Positions 11,215 through 22,865 of a stretch of 35,082 nucleotides of DNA are shown here, one piece after another. The stretch is taken from assembly GCF_001194135.2 (NCBI RefSeq), contig NC_069004.1, positions 20,908,368 to 20,943,449 on the forward strand, read 5' to 3'. Below the pieces are notes generated by a model that saw only the letters and a list, made by a program, of their open reading frames with translations, made no database searches and had not been told where the DNA came from. A program made the position numbers and the translations under genes. The stretch's first letter is position 1; each line of letters opens with the position of its first letter. This DNA comes from Octopus bimaculoides. Lineage: Eukaryota.

Positions 11215-12677
11215 CATCATCATTTAACTGAGGACTGGCAAGCCAGGAGACTGTACCAGGCTCCAATCTGATCTGGCAAGGTTTCTACAGCTAGATGCCC
11301 TTCCTAATGCCAACCACTCTGAGAGTGTAGTGGGTGCTTTTTAAGTGCCACTGGCACAGGAGCCAGTCAGGCAGAACTGGCAACAACCATGCTCGAATGG
11401 TGCTTTTTACATGCCACTGGCATGGAAGCTGGTCAGGTGGCACTGGCATTGGCCATGAGTATGATTTCGCTTGACTCAACAGGTCTTCTCAAGCACACCA
11501 TATTGCCCGATGATTGAAGGGTGCTTTTAAATGGGTTGGTTATGCAACACTGGCATCGGACATGGTTACAGTCTCACTTGACTTGCCGGGTCTTCTCAAT
11601 CACAGCATATCTCCAAAGGTCTCAGTCGTTTGTCATTGCCTCTGTGTAGCCCAACGTTTGAAGGTCATGCTTCACCACCTCATCCCATGTCTTCCTGGGT
11701 CTACCTCTTCCACAGGTTCCTTCCACTGTTAGAGTGTGACACTTCTTCACATGGCTGTCATCATCCATACACAACACATGACCATACCAGCGCAGTCATC
11801 TCTCTTGCACACTGCATCTGATGCTTCTTATGTTCAGCTTTTCTCTCCAGATGCTTANNNNNNNNNNNNNNNNNNNNNTAGCCCAACGTTTGAAGGTCAT
11901 GCTTCACCACCTCATCCCATGTCTTCCTGGGTCTACCTCTTCCACAGGTTCCTTCCACTGTTAGAGTGTGACACTTCTTCACATGGCTGTCATCATCCAT
12001 ACACAACACATGACCATACCAGCGCAGTCATCTCTCTTGCACACTGCATCTGATGCTTCTTATGTTCAGCTTTTCTCTCCAGATGCTTACACTGTCATAC
12101 ATGCACAATGACATTGCACAAGCTGCGAAACATACTAGCTTCATTTCTTTCAAGCTTATGCATGTCGTCAGCAGTCATAGCCCATGTTTCACTGTCATGT
12201 AGCATGGCTGTTTACACACATGCATTTTACATTCTACCTTTCACTCTGAGTAAGAGACCCTTTGTTACCAGCATATGTAGGAACTCTCTGAACTTTGCCC
12301 AGGTTATTCTTATTCTAGCAGCTATGTTCTCAGAGCATCCACCTCCACTTACTGACTTGGTCACCTAGGTTATGGAAGCTACTGACTTCTAGTTTTTACC
12401 CCGGCATGTGATGGAATCTGTTTTCTGTACATTTTTGGTGTTTATTGCCCAAACACAAAAACTATTGTCCCAGTTAACCTTCCTTTGATATTGCTGCACC
12501 TCTTATGTGTCCATTGATTACACCGGGTACATCTTATGGAGTTTCTACCTATGCCTTTTTTACAGATCAAGGAGGTCCATCTACCTGAAGGAGTTTGTGA
12601 TTTGTCTGCCTTCGTACTTATTAAGACTTGGGTTTTTGCCAGATTGACTCACCTGAAACTTCTCTAGTTCTGGTAGT

Positions 12678-12680
<3 letters not shown>
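11215..12680 (-). mobile_element. RTE LINE 3' portion (PHD-like finger, RT C-terminus, 3' UTR), with an artefactual duplication across a gap
   Basis: Reverse complement aligns to 32200-33500; contains NSIRCT.CNQWTHKRC, HATVKHG (GSETW region) and GRGRPRKTW. Confidence 0.88.
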
Positions 12681-12720
<40 letters not shown>

Positions 12721-12798
12721 AGAAAACAAATAGATTTTAAATGGTCCACAACAACTGTTTCAGCAGCATTTTTAATTGATAAATAGATTGACTGGATG

Positions 12799-13454
12799 GA
12801 TGGATCCTGAAAACATTCAGAACCAGAGATAAGGAAATCATGATGGTCCTCTAGAGGACATTCGTCCTTAGCCGCCTGGATTACTGCTCACAGCTATGGT
12901 CACTCACCAGTGTGAAATTAACAACGAACCTTGAAGCAATCCAGAGAAGATTCACAAAGAAGATTGTCTCTTTGCAACTGCTTGGCTACCGGGAAAGGCT
13001 GAATCAGCTAAGACTCTACTCCCTGGAGTGAAGGCGGGAGAGGTATGCAGTAATATACATCTGGAAGATCCTGGAAGGAATTGTGCCAAATTTTGGCATT
13101 GAAAGCCACACCAATGCCAGAATGGGTCGACACTGCATAGTGTCAAAGATCCCAGTAATGCCATCGCGCTTCAGGACCAGTTACTGCAACAGCCTGGGTT
13201 TCAAGGGCCCATAGTTTTTTAATATTGTCCCAAAGAGCCTGAGGAACTTGTACAAAGTAGATGTAGGCGTTTTTAAATCAAGGCTGGACCTCTTCTTGTC
13301 GAGAGTCCCAGATGAACCTACCTCACAGCAAGAGGTGCAAATGAGGGTAGTACATCAAACTCCATTCTTCACCAAGTGCAACATAAGAGGCTCTCAGTAA
13401 TGACAGTGTAGCAAAACAGCAGTGCATCTCTGAGCTGAAACTACAGAAAAAAAA
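12799..13454 (+). mobile_element. CR1-like LINE 3' end (5'-truncated)
   Basis: WILKTFRTRD..FVLSRLDYCSQLWS..LEAIQRRFTKKI..YRERLNQLRLYSLE*RRERY..FK.RLDLFL..VPDEP; tail ends GAGCTGAAACT plus an A-run. Confidence 0.85.
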
Positions 13455-13567
13455 GATCAATAAAAAAAAATACTATTGAAGCAACTGTTTGAACCTTTAA
13501 AATATATTTTTTAAAAATTTTATACAAATGGCATACCTAAAACCATCCCTATGTTGGATCTATAACT

Positions 13568-13570
<3 letters not shown>

Positions 13571-13620
<50 letters not shown>
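13571..13620. repeat. (AT)n microsatellite
   Basis: Direct reading. Confidence 0.97.
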
Positions 13621-13623
<3 letters not shown>

Positions 13624-14082
13624 AGATGTGTGCAAAAGAGAAGACTGCACTGGTTTGGTCATGATTTGTATGTGGATGAGGACAGTTGCATAAAGAAGTG
13701 CCAAGCTCTAATTGTTGAGGGTACCTGTGGAAGGAGTAGACCCAGGATGACGTGGAACGAAGTGGTGAGAAAGGATCTTGGAACACTGGGTCTCACTGAG
13801 GAAATGACAAGGGACTGGAAGACGTGGTAATTTGCTGTACTTGATAAGACATGTCAAGCTAAGTAAAATCGCTGTCCTCCACACATACGGGCTTGTCCTT
13901 TCAGGTGCCAATACTATTTAAAAAGCACCTGTGCCAGTGCCACTTAAAAAGCACCTGTGCTGGTGCCAATGCATCTGTGTTAGTGCGGTATAAACACATC
14001 CATGACAGTGACACATAAAAAGCACACAGCACACTCTGTTAAGTGGAATATGGAGAGCAGATACATTAAACAATGATGATGA
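13621..14082 (+). mobile_element. RTE LINE 3' end (diverged subfamily)
   Basis: RRLHWFGHD..DEDSCIKKC..VEGTCGRSRPRMTW; AAAAAGCACC units and a (GAT)n tail. Confidence 0.85.
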
Positions 14083-14259
14083 TATATATATACGTGTGTA
14101 TGTATATTCATATATATATATATACACATATATTGTGTTGTATATATTTGATGCATCTACATCCATGTGGAACTCAACTCTTTCTTGGCATCCTGAACAT
14201 TAAAATACCTAGATTCTAATGAATCCTACAACTAATTAATAAATATATGTTTAAACAGA

Positions 14260-14925
14260 GAAAAATTCCTGCTTTACAGAAAAAGGTTTAGCAAAATGTT
14301 CAAAATTTTTCTAAAAAATTGTTGTTTTACAGAAAAAGATTTAAAACATTGGGCTTTCAAAAGTTAGAAACTAGAATCAAAAAAATAAAAAAGAATTTTG
14401 ACATTTTGTTGAACTTTTTGAAAAAAAATATTAGTTTTAATAGCAAACTCCTCTTTCCTCCTCTTTCCTTTCTATCCTCCATTCCATATTTCAATCCTTC
14501 TCTGCATCTGGGTCATCATCCTTCTTCCCAGACCTATCTCTCTCCTTTTCCCTTTCTCTTCTTCATTCCATCTTTCCATCTTTTCTCTTCAAACAGCTCA
14601 TTATCCTTCTTCCTTGGCCTAACTTTGTTTCATATTTCTCCTCTCATCCATTCCATTATTTGTCTCCTTCCATCCTTTATTTGTTAATAAAAGGGGATTG
14701 AAGTGGTGGTATTCCTCTCACTTTTAAAAATAAGACTCATTTACTAATGAGACGAGCATTTAAAAAAATGCAGCAAAATGCCAATTGAAATTTTTATATT
14801 TTTTCAATTCTAGTTTCTAACTTTTGAAGGCTCAGCATTTTAAACCTTCTTCTGTAGAACAACAATTTTTTAGAAAAGTTTAAAAAGTTTGAACATTTTA
14901 TTGAACCCTTTTTGGAAATTTTTTC
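14260..14925. mobile_element. Foldback/MITE-like element with ~170-bp diverged inverted arms around a CT-rich core
   Basis: 14310-14400 reverse-complements to 14790-14880 (e.g. CAAAAGTTAGAAACTAGAAT / ATTCTAGTTTCTAACTTTTG). The outer boundaries are approximate. Confidence 0.7.
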
Positions 14926-15400
14926 AATTTAAATTGCTTGTTTTTTAAGATTATAACAGATCCAAGTACCATTGCCACCATTAGCCCAATTTCTGGTTCA
15001 CCCCCACAACACATTGAGGTGATTGATGGTATTTATGGGGGAAAGGTCACCAATGATTTTTAATTTTTATTTTATAATTATAATTATAGGCCTGTTATTT
15101 CATTTCAATTAAATTTTTTCAAAAAACAAATCAATAATGTTCATTGCGGCAAGGTTACAGAATTATTGTCAAGGTTCGCTTGAGCTTGACTCAACATTTT
15201 GTTGGGTCAGGCACTTAACATGCTTGACCAATACATTTGTTTAACTTACTATAATATATACACATGTTACATAAATATATGTTACTTTGTACATAATAAA
15301 ATATATCTGATTATTTAGCCTCCGACCACTCCTAAACTATGGTAGCTAGACCTACGATCAAAGATAGTTCAGCTTGACCAGCCATTCTGTATATTTGATC

Positions 15401-15481
15401 ATCAAATCTGGCTGCTATTTCTAACAGGTCGAGTGACCAACGTGGTCACTCGACCTGTTAGAAATAGCAGCCAGATTTGAT
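15401..15481. repeat. Perfect 39-bp palindrome with a 3-nt loop
   Basis: 15401-15439 is the exact reverse complement of 15443-15481; loop ACG. Confidence 0.97.
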
Positions 15482-15846
15482 TAATAATACCTGTACCTCC
15501 CTCTGTTCATGCTATTCAGGTTACCCTTGAGCCCAGTGAAAAGGAAGAAAAGTACTAATTTAATGAATTAATGAGATTTCAGACATGGTGTTAATTAGAT
15601 TTAACCTGGTGATGATCATCGGAAAGAAGAGACAAGACAAGCAGAGAGAAGACATGACCCTGTGTTGTGGTTTAACTTCTCTAACATTGTGAGGTGGAGA
15701 GGAAAGGCAGATTAGACAGGGAAGAAAGGGTAGTAAAACATGTTCAGGAGATAGAGGAGGAAGTGTAAGAGGTAAAGAGAGGCAGTTACAGTAGTAGGAA
15801 GAGTGTAAGAAGGAACTCTGATCTAGAAAGGCTTTTAATTGAAATC

Positions 15847-16656
15847 ATGACTTACACAAGATCGGTTTCATCTTATGCTAACACTGAGAGCCTGCATAAA
15901 GCTATTGCGGTGGCAAAGGAAAAAGGTGCTGAACAAACTTTGCATTGTTTATTGAATATTTATCCATTTCTGCCACCAGAAAAGCAACTTGAAACATTCC
16001 ACACATTTGTTGCCATAGATCTACTAAGGCCAGGTACTTTTAGCTTTGAAAGAGAAGTGGCTTTGCCACAGAAAAGTTTGCAGTATTTCCACAAGATTCG
16101 AGATTGGCATGTACTCATACTTTTATTGTTGGGTTTTCCATCTCTTTCACCTTTCAGTCACTTGGCATGTTGTGAAGACACATCTAATCTAACCTTGGTG
16201 GAAATATTGCAAGAATACTTTTTAGATATTCCTACAGACATTGATTTGTTAATTGAAAAAATTTTGGTCAATGGTGCCCCATGTGAGTACTTATGTGCTT
16301 ACAGGAAAGCACCTGCACTTCATGTTGCTGCAGAGATTGCTACTGTTTCAGGACAGTTCCAGACATTTTATTATGTTCTCCAATGGGCAAGTACTTCAAA
16401 GGACCAACTAGATGCAACAGACAGAAATAAACAAACAGCGTTTGAAAGGATTTGTGATTTGGTCGATGACCACCCATTAAACAGTAAAAGAGTATTGACA
16501 CAGCTGCTGAATAAGGATTGTCGGTTACCCCACAACACGTCTGAGAGCTGCCGTAAAATCCCAGCTACATGTGCTGGTATAGAAATGGCCCGTGTGAGAC
16601 AGAACATTGAATCTGCTATTAATAAGAATAACTATGAATTTGCAACCGTAAAGTGA
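15847..16656 (+). CDS. Intronless 269-aa ORF, ankyrin-repeat-like protein
   Basis: Uninterrupted, non-low-complexity ORF. Ankyrin-like motifs TESLHKAI, IEKILVNGA, PALHVAA and DATDRNKQTAF. A at -3 of the ATG; AATAAA at ~16808. Confidence 0.6.
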   Translation: MTYTRSVSSYANTESLHKAIAVAKEKGAEQTLHCLLNIYPFLPPEKQLETFHTFVAIDLLRPGTFSFEREVALPQKSLQYFHKIRDWHVLILLLLGFPSLSPFSHLACCEDTSNLTLVEILQEYFLDIPTDIDLLIEKILVNGAPCEYLCAYRKAPALHVAAEIATVSGQFQTFYYVLQWASTSKDQLDATDRNKQTAFERICDLVDDHPLNSKRVLTQLLNKDCRLPHNTSESCRKIPATCAGIEMARVRQNIESAINKNNYEFATVK

Positions 16657-16909
16657 CGAAGAAAGAATGAAACAACAAGAAAGAGACGAAGCCGCATGGT
16701 GTAAATTCAATTGGACTACATAACCTCAACAGGACAACATATAATACGACGAACACACTCACGTTTAATTTCTCTGTCCTGTCCTGTTTAGATCTCTCTT
16801 GGAAAAAAAATAAATACATACGAGAAGGTCGGTAAAAATTTTTTTCCTGCACGCAGTACAAATAACACACACTCACACAAACAGAAGAAAAAACATTTTT
16901 ACTTCCTCA

Positions 16910-17879
16910 ATGGCGGCTATAATTTCGCGCCACTACAAGGCCATATTGTGGGTCATTCTGAAGGTGGACATAGTCAGCGTATCATTGCAAAAAACATTGG
17001 GATCCCACTTTCTGCAGTTAATAGAGTGATTGTGCAATTCACCAGAGAGAGGAAGAAGTCCCCATCATCTCACCCAGATCAACCTGGGCCCTCTCTTTGT
17101 TAAGAGAAGTGTAGAGGATAATCCTTGTTGCAAGGCCTCTGACATAGCAGAACAAGTTGATGTCAGTCTCAGAACAGCTGTCAGGTATCTCCACAAACTT
17201 GGTTACTATGGCAGAGCAACAAAAAGGAAGCCACTTATTTGACCAGCCAAAATCATGCAGAGAAAAGATTGGGCCAATGAGATAGTGGAGAGACCACTAG
17301 CATTTTGGGACACTGTCATATTCTCTGATGAATCCAGATTTGCTGTATTTCCTGACAGTGGTTGAATGTGGGCCTGGAGACTCTGTGATCAAGAAACATT
17401 GCAGCTATTCTGTGATGGTCTAGGGAGCAATTTGGAGCAATGTTTGATCAGAGCTGGTGGAGTGTGAGGGAAAAATAAACTCAGATAAATGTGTCTATAC
17501 TGCAGAAAGGACTCCTTCGAATCTTCTCCAGTGGTGAAATGATTAAAGAAGACTATTTATGGAAGATGTGGCTCCTTGTCATACGGCTAAAATGACCCAA
17601 GATTTGTTGGATGAGAATGGCATTAAAAAGCTTCCATGGCCAAGTCAGTCACCAGATACAAACCCTATTGAACACCTCTGGGACATAATGGACAGGACAC
17701 TTCATAAAAAGGACAAGAAAGCATCTTCAAAGCCAGATCTTTTGAGATCACCGCATGAAACTTGGCAAGAAATTCCACAAGAGAATATTCATCATCTGAT
17801 CAGTAACATACCTAATAGGGTCCTTGTATTGAAAAATGCAAAGGGTATGTCTACTAAATATTCACATTATAACAATTAA
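16910..17879 (+). mobile_element. Tc1-family (DD34E) transposase pseudogene
   Basis: HTH region, RKPL, FSDESRF, VMV*GAIW, FMEDVAPCH, and WPSQSPDTNPIEHLW with exactly 34 residues between the second D and the E. Stops and frameshifts present; TIRs not found. Confidence 0.92.
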
Positions 17880-18843
17880 TTAATAATTTGAATGTTTAAT
17901 TTCAAATTTAAATAAATTGTAATGATTATAAGCGTATCATGTCTGTGTTGCTTCTGTCATGTCTGTGTATATATATGTGTATATGTTTATGCATATATAT
18001 GCACTTCTTTATTTTTTTTGCATGTTTTTTTTCTATATATGTATTTATATTTTCTTTGCTTTTTGATTTATTTACATTTTTTATATATACAGTTTTGACC
18101 TTATAAGCCATTTATATTAACAATCATGCCTGACTGCATATTTTTTATAATAATTTAAACATCTATTACTACCAACCTGGCACTATAATTCCAGTTTTAA
18201 TAGATCTTAACCCCTTTGTTCTCTCTGCTCCCCCTCCAAATTTCCCTCAATGCCTATATTCTTTCTCTTTTAAGAAACTGACCTCCTTAAACATACCTCT
18301 CCCTTCAAATGTTGCTTGCCTGCTGATAATGAATTCTATTAGTTATTTGGCCTACATCTTTCCACCTATCATTCTGCTGTGATCAAGATTAACAAATTCT
18401 TCACTTCTCTCCTTGTGACAATGACTTACAACTGCAAGTAATCTGACATGAAGAATAGTTAAGCTGTATATATATGTTACACTTCAAGTAACATAAGACC
18501 TATTCACATTGGCCTGGAGACCTATGTAGTACGGATTTACCTTTTACATTCCCTACATTCTTTCATATATGTATATATATATTGCTTCCTTCATACAGTA
18601 TGCCTAGCTCTCACTCCCTAATCCTATCCTCACATCCCTGTTCCTCTGTGTCATTGCTATCCGGTAGCCCCCCCCCCAACAACTCCATACATACCCAGGT
18701 CTTTCACCACTTACTCGCACTCTTTAATCACCCTCCCTTCACAATATCCTGCCACTTATATTATGGCATTTGAATTTCAAGGGAATGTCCTGACATTTCC
18801 CACTATCTATATCTCAATTATGTGTGTGTCGATATATATATAT

Positions 18844-19107
18844 ATATTCAAAATTAAGGAATGGAGTAGATAAAATCCAGGCTACATATGGTTCATAGCT
18901 AATGCATGCATTTTCACTTGAATCTCCTGTGAGTCGACATGGGGTCCCTTAACAACAATGTTAACTTCTTTTGATTAAGGTATGTTTGGCCCGACAAGTA
19001 GCTAGCAGATTACTCCACTTCTGGATAATTTCTACTTCCAAGGTTCAGCTAGCTATGAAACATATGTAGCCTGGATTTTATCTTCTCCATTCCCTAATTT
19101 TGGATAT
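18844..19107. mobile_element. 264-bp element with 58-bp inverted ends in a TA context (MITE-like or inverted pLTR)
   Basis: 18844-18901 vs 19050-19107 reverse complement, 4 mismatches. Confidence 0.8.
18988..19071 (+). ncRNA. Decayed type I hammerhead-like motif, family C
   Basis: GGC-CCGACAA-GTAGCTAGC...GCTAGCTAT-GAAAC-ATAT-GTA-GCC; two core changes. Confidence 0.5.
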
Positions 19108-19589
19108 ATATATGATGATGATGATGATAGCTGTCCACTTGTGACTAAGGAAGATCATCACTGATCATTGCCCAAGTATAAGATTATTGCACCCACAGTT
19201 GGCTTTACCAGGTACCATGATTTCCATGCTTGCCATAGTGCTCTTCTACTCAGTCACGCACCAGAAAAATCAACTGACCAACAATTGTGCAACCTAGAAT
19301 TTAAGGTTCAGTAAGGCTTACACAACACATTAGAGACCCTCTTCAACCTAATGGCATGATCAAATGACAGGCCAGGGCAAGATATCCAGTGCCAATATGG
19401 GTCGTAGGCTTGGAAGCGTCATGCACAAGCAAAAGGTCACCAAAATGTTCAATGCCATTATGTCTGTGTGTATGTGTAAATAGACAGACATACATAAGCA
19501 AATAGACAGAAAGACAGAGATACACACACAGTGTGTGCACATGTGTCACAATGCTGCCCCTTCTGAATTACTGGTATAGCCCATCCAAC

Positions 19590-19689
19590 AAACTACCACA
19601 CAATTACTGTCAACCCTATTTCAAAAAGATGCCATACTGTGGGTTTGAACCTATGATTTCATGATTACAAAGTAAACTTCTTAACCACT
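19590..19689 (-). mobile_element. SINE head abutting the mariner insertion
   Basis: Minus strand AGTGGTTAAGAAGTTT...GGTTCAAACCC. Confidence 0.5.
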
Positions 19690-19691
19690 TA

Positions 19692-20593
19692 CTAGGTGTT
19701 ATCAAAAAGTTCAAGGACTAGTTATGTTTGATAAAAAATAACTTATTTACCTAAGCTTTAACATCAACTCCTTCAAAATAGTCAACTTGTGCAGCAATAC
19801 ACCAGTCCCAGCATTCCTGCCACTTTTTGAATCCAGCCAGGAAGTCGTTTTCTGTAAGCAAGTTGAGGACCTTCTGCGATTCACTCAGGATCTTGACAAT
19901 GGTGTTAAAATGGCAACCTTTGAGCTGCATTTTCATCTTGAGGAACAGATGGAAGTCCACAGGTGCAGAATAGATAACATGTTGCTTTTAGTGAGAAACA
20001 CATGAGTAAGGAGAGCTCAGTGACATGGAACATTGTCATCATGAAGAATCCAGTTCTTTGTGTTCCACAGATCAGGTAGTTTTCACCAAATATCCTCCCT
20101 CAAAAGCTTCAAAACATTACAGTAGAACTCTTAATTGATGGTCTGGTCCTGGGGTATGAATTCTCAATGCACAATATCACATTTCCGGGGGTGATGCTTG
20201 TGGCAGGTCTTCAAGATCACTCATCAGCTTCCAGGGATGTTCTTCCACTTTTGAAGCACCCATGCCACTCAAAACATTGTGTACGACCCATTGCCTCGTC
20301 GCTGTAATCTTGTTGAAGTATGCTCAATGTTGCTGTAGCAGACTTCCCAAGTGTAATGCAAAATTTCACATTGGCTCTTTGTTTCAGCTTCTTGTCCATG
20401 ACAAAAATTGCAGCCTAAAGGATACACATGATCACAAACCACAAATTTCACAACTTGCAAAGTAAACACAGCAATGTCACTTGGCACACTTCCTCATGAA
20501 GGTTACTGCTAGCTTTCACTGTGCATGCAACCATGTGCTGCCATCTGCTGGCACACTACATAACTAATCCAGGAACTTTTTGATACCATCTTG
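19692..20593 (-). mobile_element. Internally deleted mariner element with both TIRs and TA flanks
   Basis: TIRs C..G.TG.TATCAAAAAGTTC..GGA.TAGTT at 19692-19723 and 20562-20593; TA at 19690-91 and 20594-95. Minus-strand MDKKLKQRANVKFC..LGKSAT, WILHDDNVPCH, DFHLFLKMK..LKG..F, KW..CW..CI....DYFEG. Confidence 0.92.
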
Positions 20594-22419
20594 TAGCTAT
20601 ATCAACACACACAAAATAAATTAATCTTCATTAGTTTCTATGTTGAGTATTATGATTCAGTAAACAGAACTACAATGTATGTAGTTGAGTATCTCATAGA
20701 CACTTCTATTTTTAATGTAAATTCTTAAGTAGAATCATCAAGTAAAATATGTGACAGTATATGACAAAATTGGCTCTCTGCTATACAGGCATAGACCATA
20801 TCCATCTGAAGCTGTTGCAGCAAAAGAAACTTTCCCAAGAGATCTCACAATAGGACCAAACCTTATAACTGAAAATCAAACAACTTTATCAATTGTTTCT
20901 ACCTGCATATACACACACACACACAAACACACACATGTATATATATATATNNNNNNNNNNNNNNNNNNNNNNNNNNNNNNNNNNNNNNNNNNNNNNNNNN
21001 AGAGGTGGACTTTTTCCAAGAAGCAACAACATAGGGCTCAATTTATTGAGCGATTAAATTAAAGTATTAATTTGAAAGAGACAAGTTCCAAGGTCAATAA
21101 TACTCCTCATCAAAGCTGACACATATCTAAACACAGAGGGTATATATAAGCCATTATAAGCATGCAAACACATAACATAAAAAAAACATATATATACATA
21201 TAATAGTGTAATTCCATGCCCAAATCAAAGTTGGATAAGTAATTGGATAAATACATACAGATAAATTAAGAAGTCCAAGCTGATGAGATAACAGTTCACA
21301 ATAATCCAAAAAGAGAAGTCCTCAAATGAATCCAATAAATAGAAAGAGGGTTACGGCCATTTCTGGGAATGTGTGAAGAAGTGTGTAGGTAAGACCTTTT
21401 GAACTTCGGTAATCCACATTTCCTTCATCAGAGAATATGTATGGATTTGGAATTTTTAAACAAAATCATAAAATTATTTATGGGATTGTAAAAATGTGTT
21501 TAAGAATATACAGTAATTATATACAAGTATATATATATTTATGAATATATATACATTCATGAATATATGTATGTATATATATATATAACACAACATAATG
21601 AAGACAAAGGGCTTCTTATGCAAAAAGAGAGAAGTTAGTAATATATATTTCAGGCACAATGACCCTGCATCAGAAGTGGACAGAGTAAAGCAATGTGAGT
21701 TTATACAGTACTGGCCAAGACTCACATTTTCTGACTGTTTACTTCTGAGGATGAACTTCTGTAACTCGTACATAAAAGGTTATTAAACTTTTTCCTTTTC
21801 ACACTGTCAGAAACTCTCTATCTTTATTACTTTGTTATTTCACCTCTGTATCACAATGCTTCAAGCAGGCTACAACACTCTTCTTATACATTATATATAT
21901 ATATATATATATATATATNNNNNNNNNNNNNNNNNNNNNNNNNNNNNNNNNNNNNNNNNNNNNNNNNNNNNNNNNNNNNNNNNNNNNNNNNNNNNNNNNN
22001 NNNNNNNNNNNNNNNNNNNNNNNNNNNNNNNNNNNNNNNNNNNNNNNNNNNNNNNNNNNNNNNNNNNNNNNNNNNNNNNNNNNNNNNNNNNNNNNNNNNN
22101 NNNNNNNNNNNNNNNNNNNNNNNNNNNNNNNNNNNNNNNNNNNNNNNNNNNNNNNNNNNNNNNNNNNNNNNNNNNNNNNNNNNNNNNNNNNNNNTGTCAG
22201 TATTTAAAACAAATAAATGACAAAAGTACACCCCCTTCACCTTTCACATAACAACATAAGATGCAAAGTTGATGAGATACAATCAGCTGCAGGATGATTT
22301 GAGCCAGGGAGTTGATCAGAGTAAATAGGTGATTGTCGCAGTTAAGGCTGTGATAGTAACAACAGATGTAATGGCTGTAAAAATATAGAAAAGATATAAA
22401 AATAAAAGATAAACAATAA

Positions 22420-22632
22420 AAATTATTACCATATTTCAGGAGATCTATACTAGTTTTGTTTCAATTAAGTTTGGAAAATAATGACTAATTTAGTAAAATA
22501 ACTTACTCATTTTCAAGCTGGTATTTAGAGCATAAATTAAAAAAGGTTTAATTTTGATCACTTAAAAAAAAGGCAGGTTTTGCATTATAAAACCAGGAGC
22601 AGACTTGGGCAGGTTGGTATTAAAAGGGTTAA
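22420..22632. mobile_element. Possible TTAA-type (piggyBac-like) MITE remnant; only the right end is recognisable
   Basis: Ends in AAAAGGGTTAA and resembles a recalled repeat family; no matching left TTAACCC seen. Confidence 0.35.
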
Positions 22633-22865
22633 ACAGAACAAATATAAAATAACAAAAGCAAACAGTGTTATGTATGACCTAGCACCTTCTTCCATTCTAT
22701 TTATATAACTTGGAAAAAATCTGATGCAATATTTGCTGAAAGATTTGCCAGAAAAGATAATTTTTACCTACATGTATGGTCATTGGCTAAATATGTTTTT
22801 GCAATAACTACTATAGCTCTAGTTGTGGTCAGTGAATACATTTCAACTATTATATTTACATATAG

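Noticed and set aside
11647-12089. Exact 211-bp tandem duplication across a 21-N gap
   Set aside because: Identical sequence on both sides of a short gap is typical of unmerged contig overlap.
14960-15060. Candidate small exon (DPSTIATISPISGSPPQHIE) and an acceptor-like site at ~15529
   Set aside because: Splicing them gives a stop within ~13 codons and no frame linking to the ankyrin ORF; needs RNA data.
21395-21440. Minus-strand CTGATGAAGG...CCGAAGTTC hammerhead-like remnant
   Set aside because: GAAAC is incomplete and stem I does not pair; too decayed to call.
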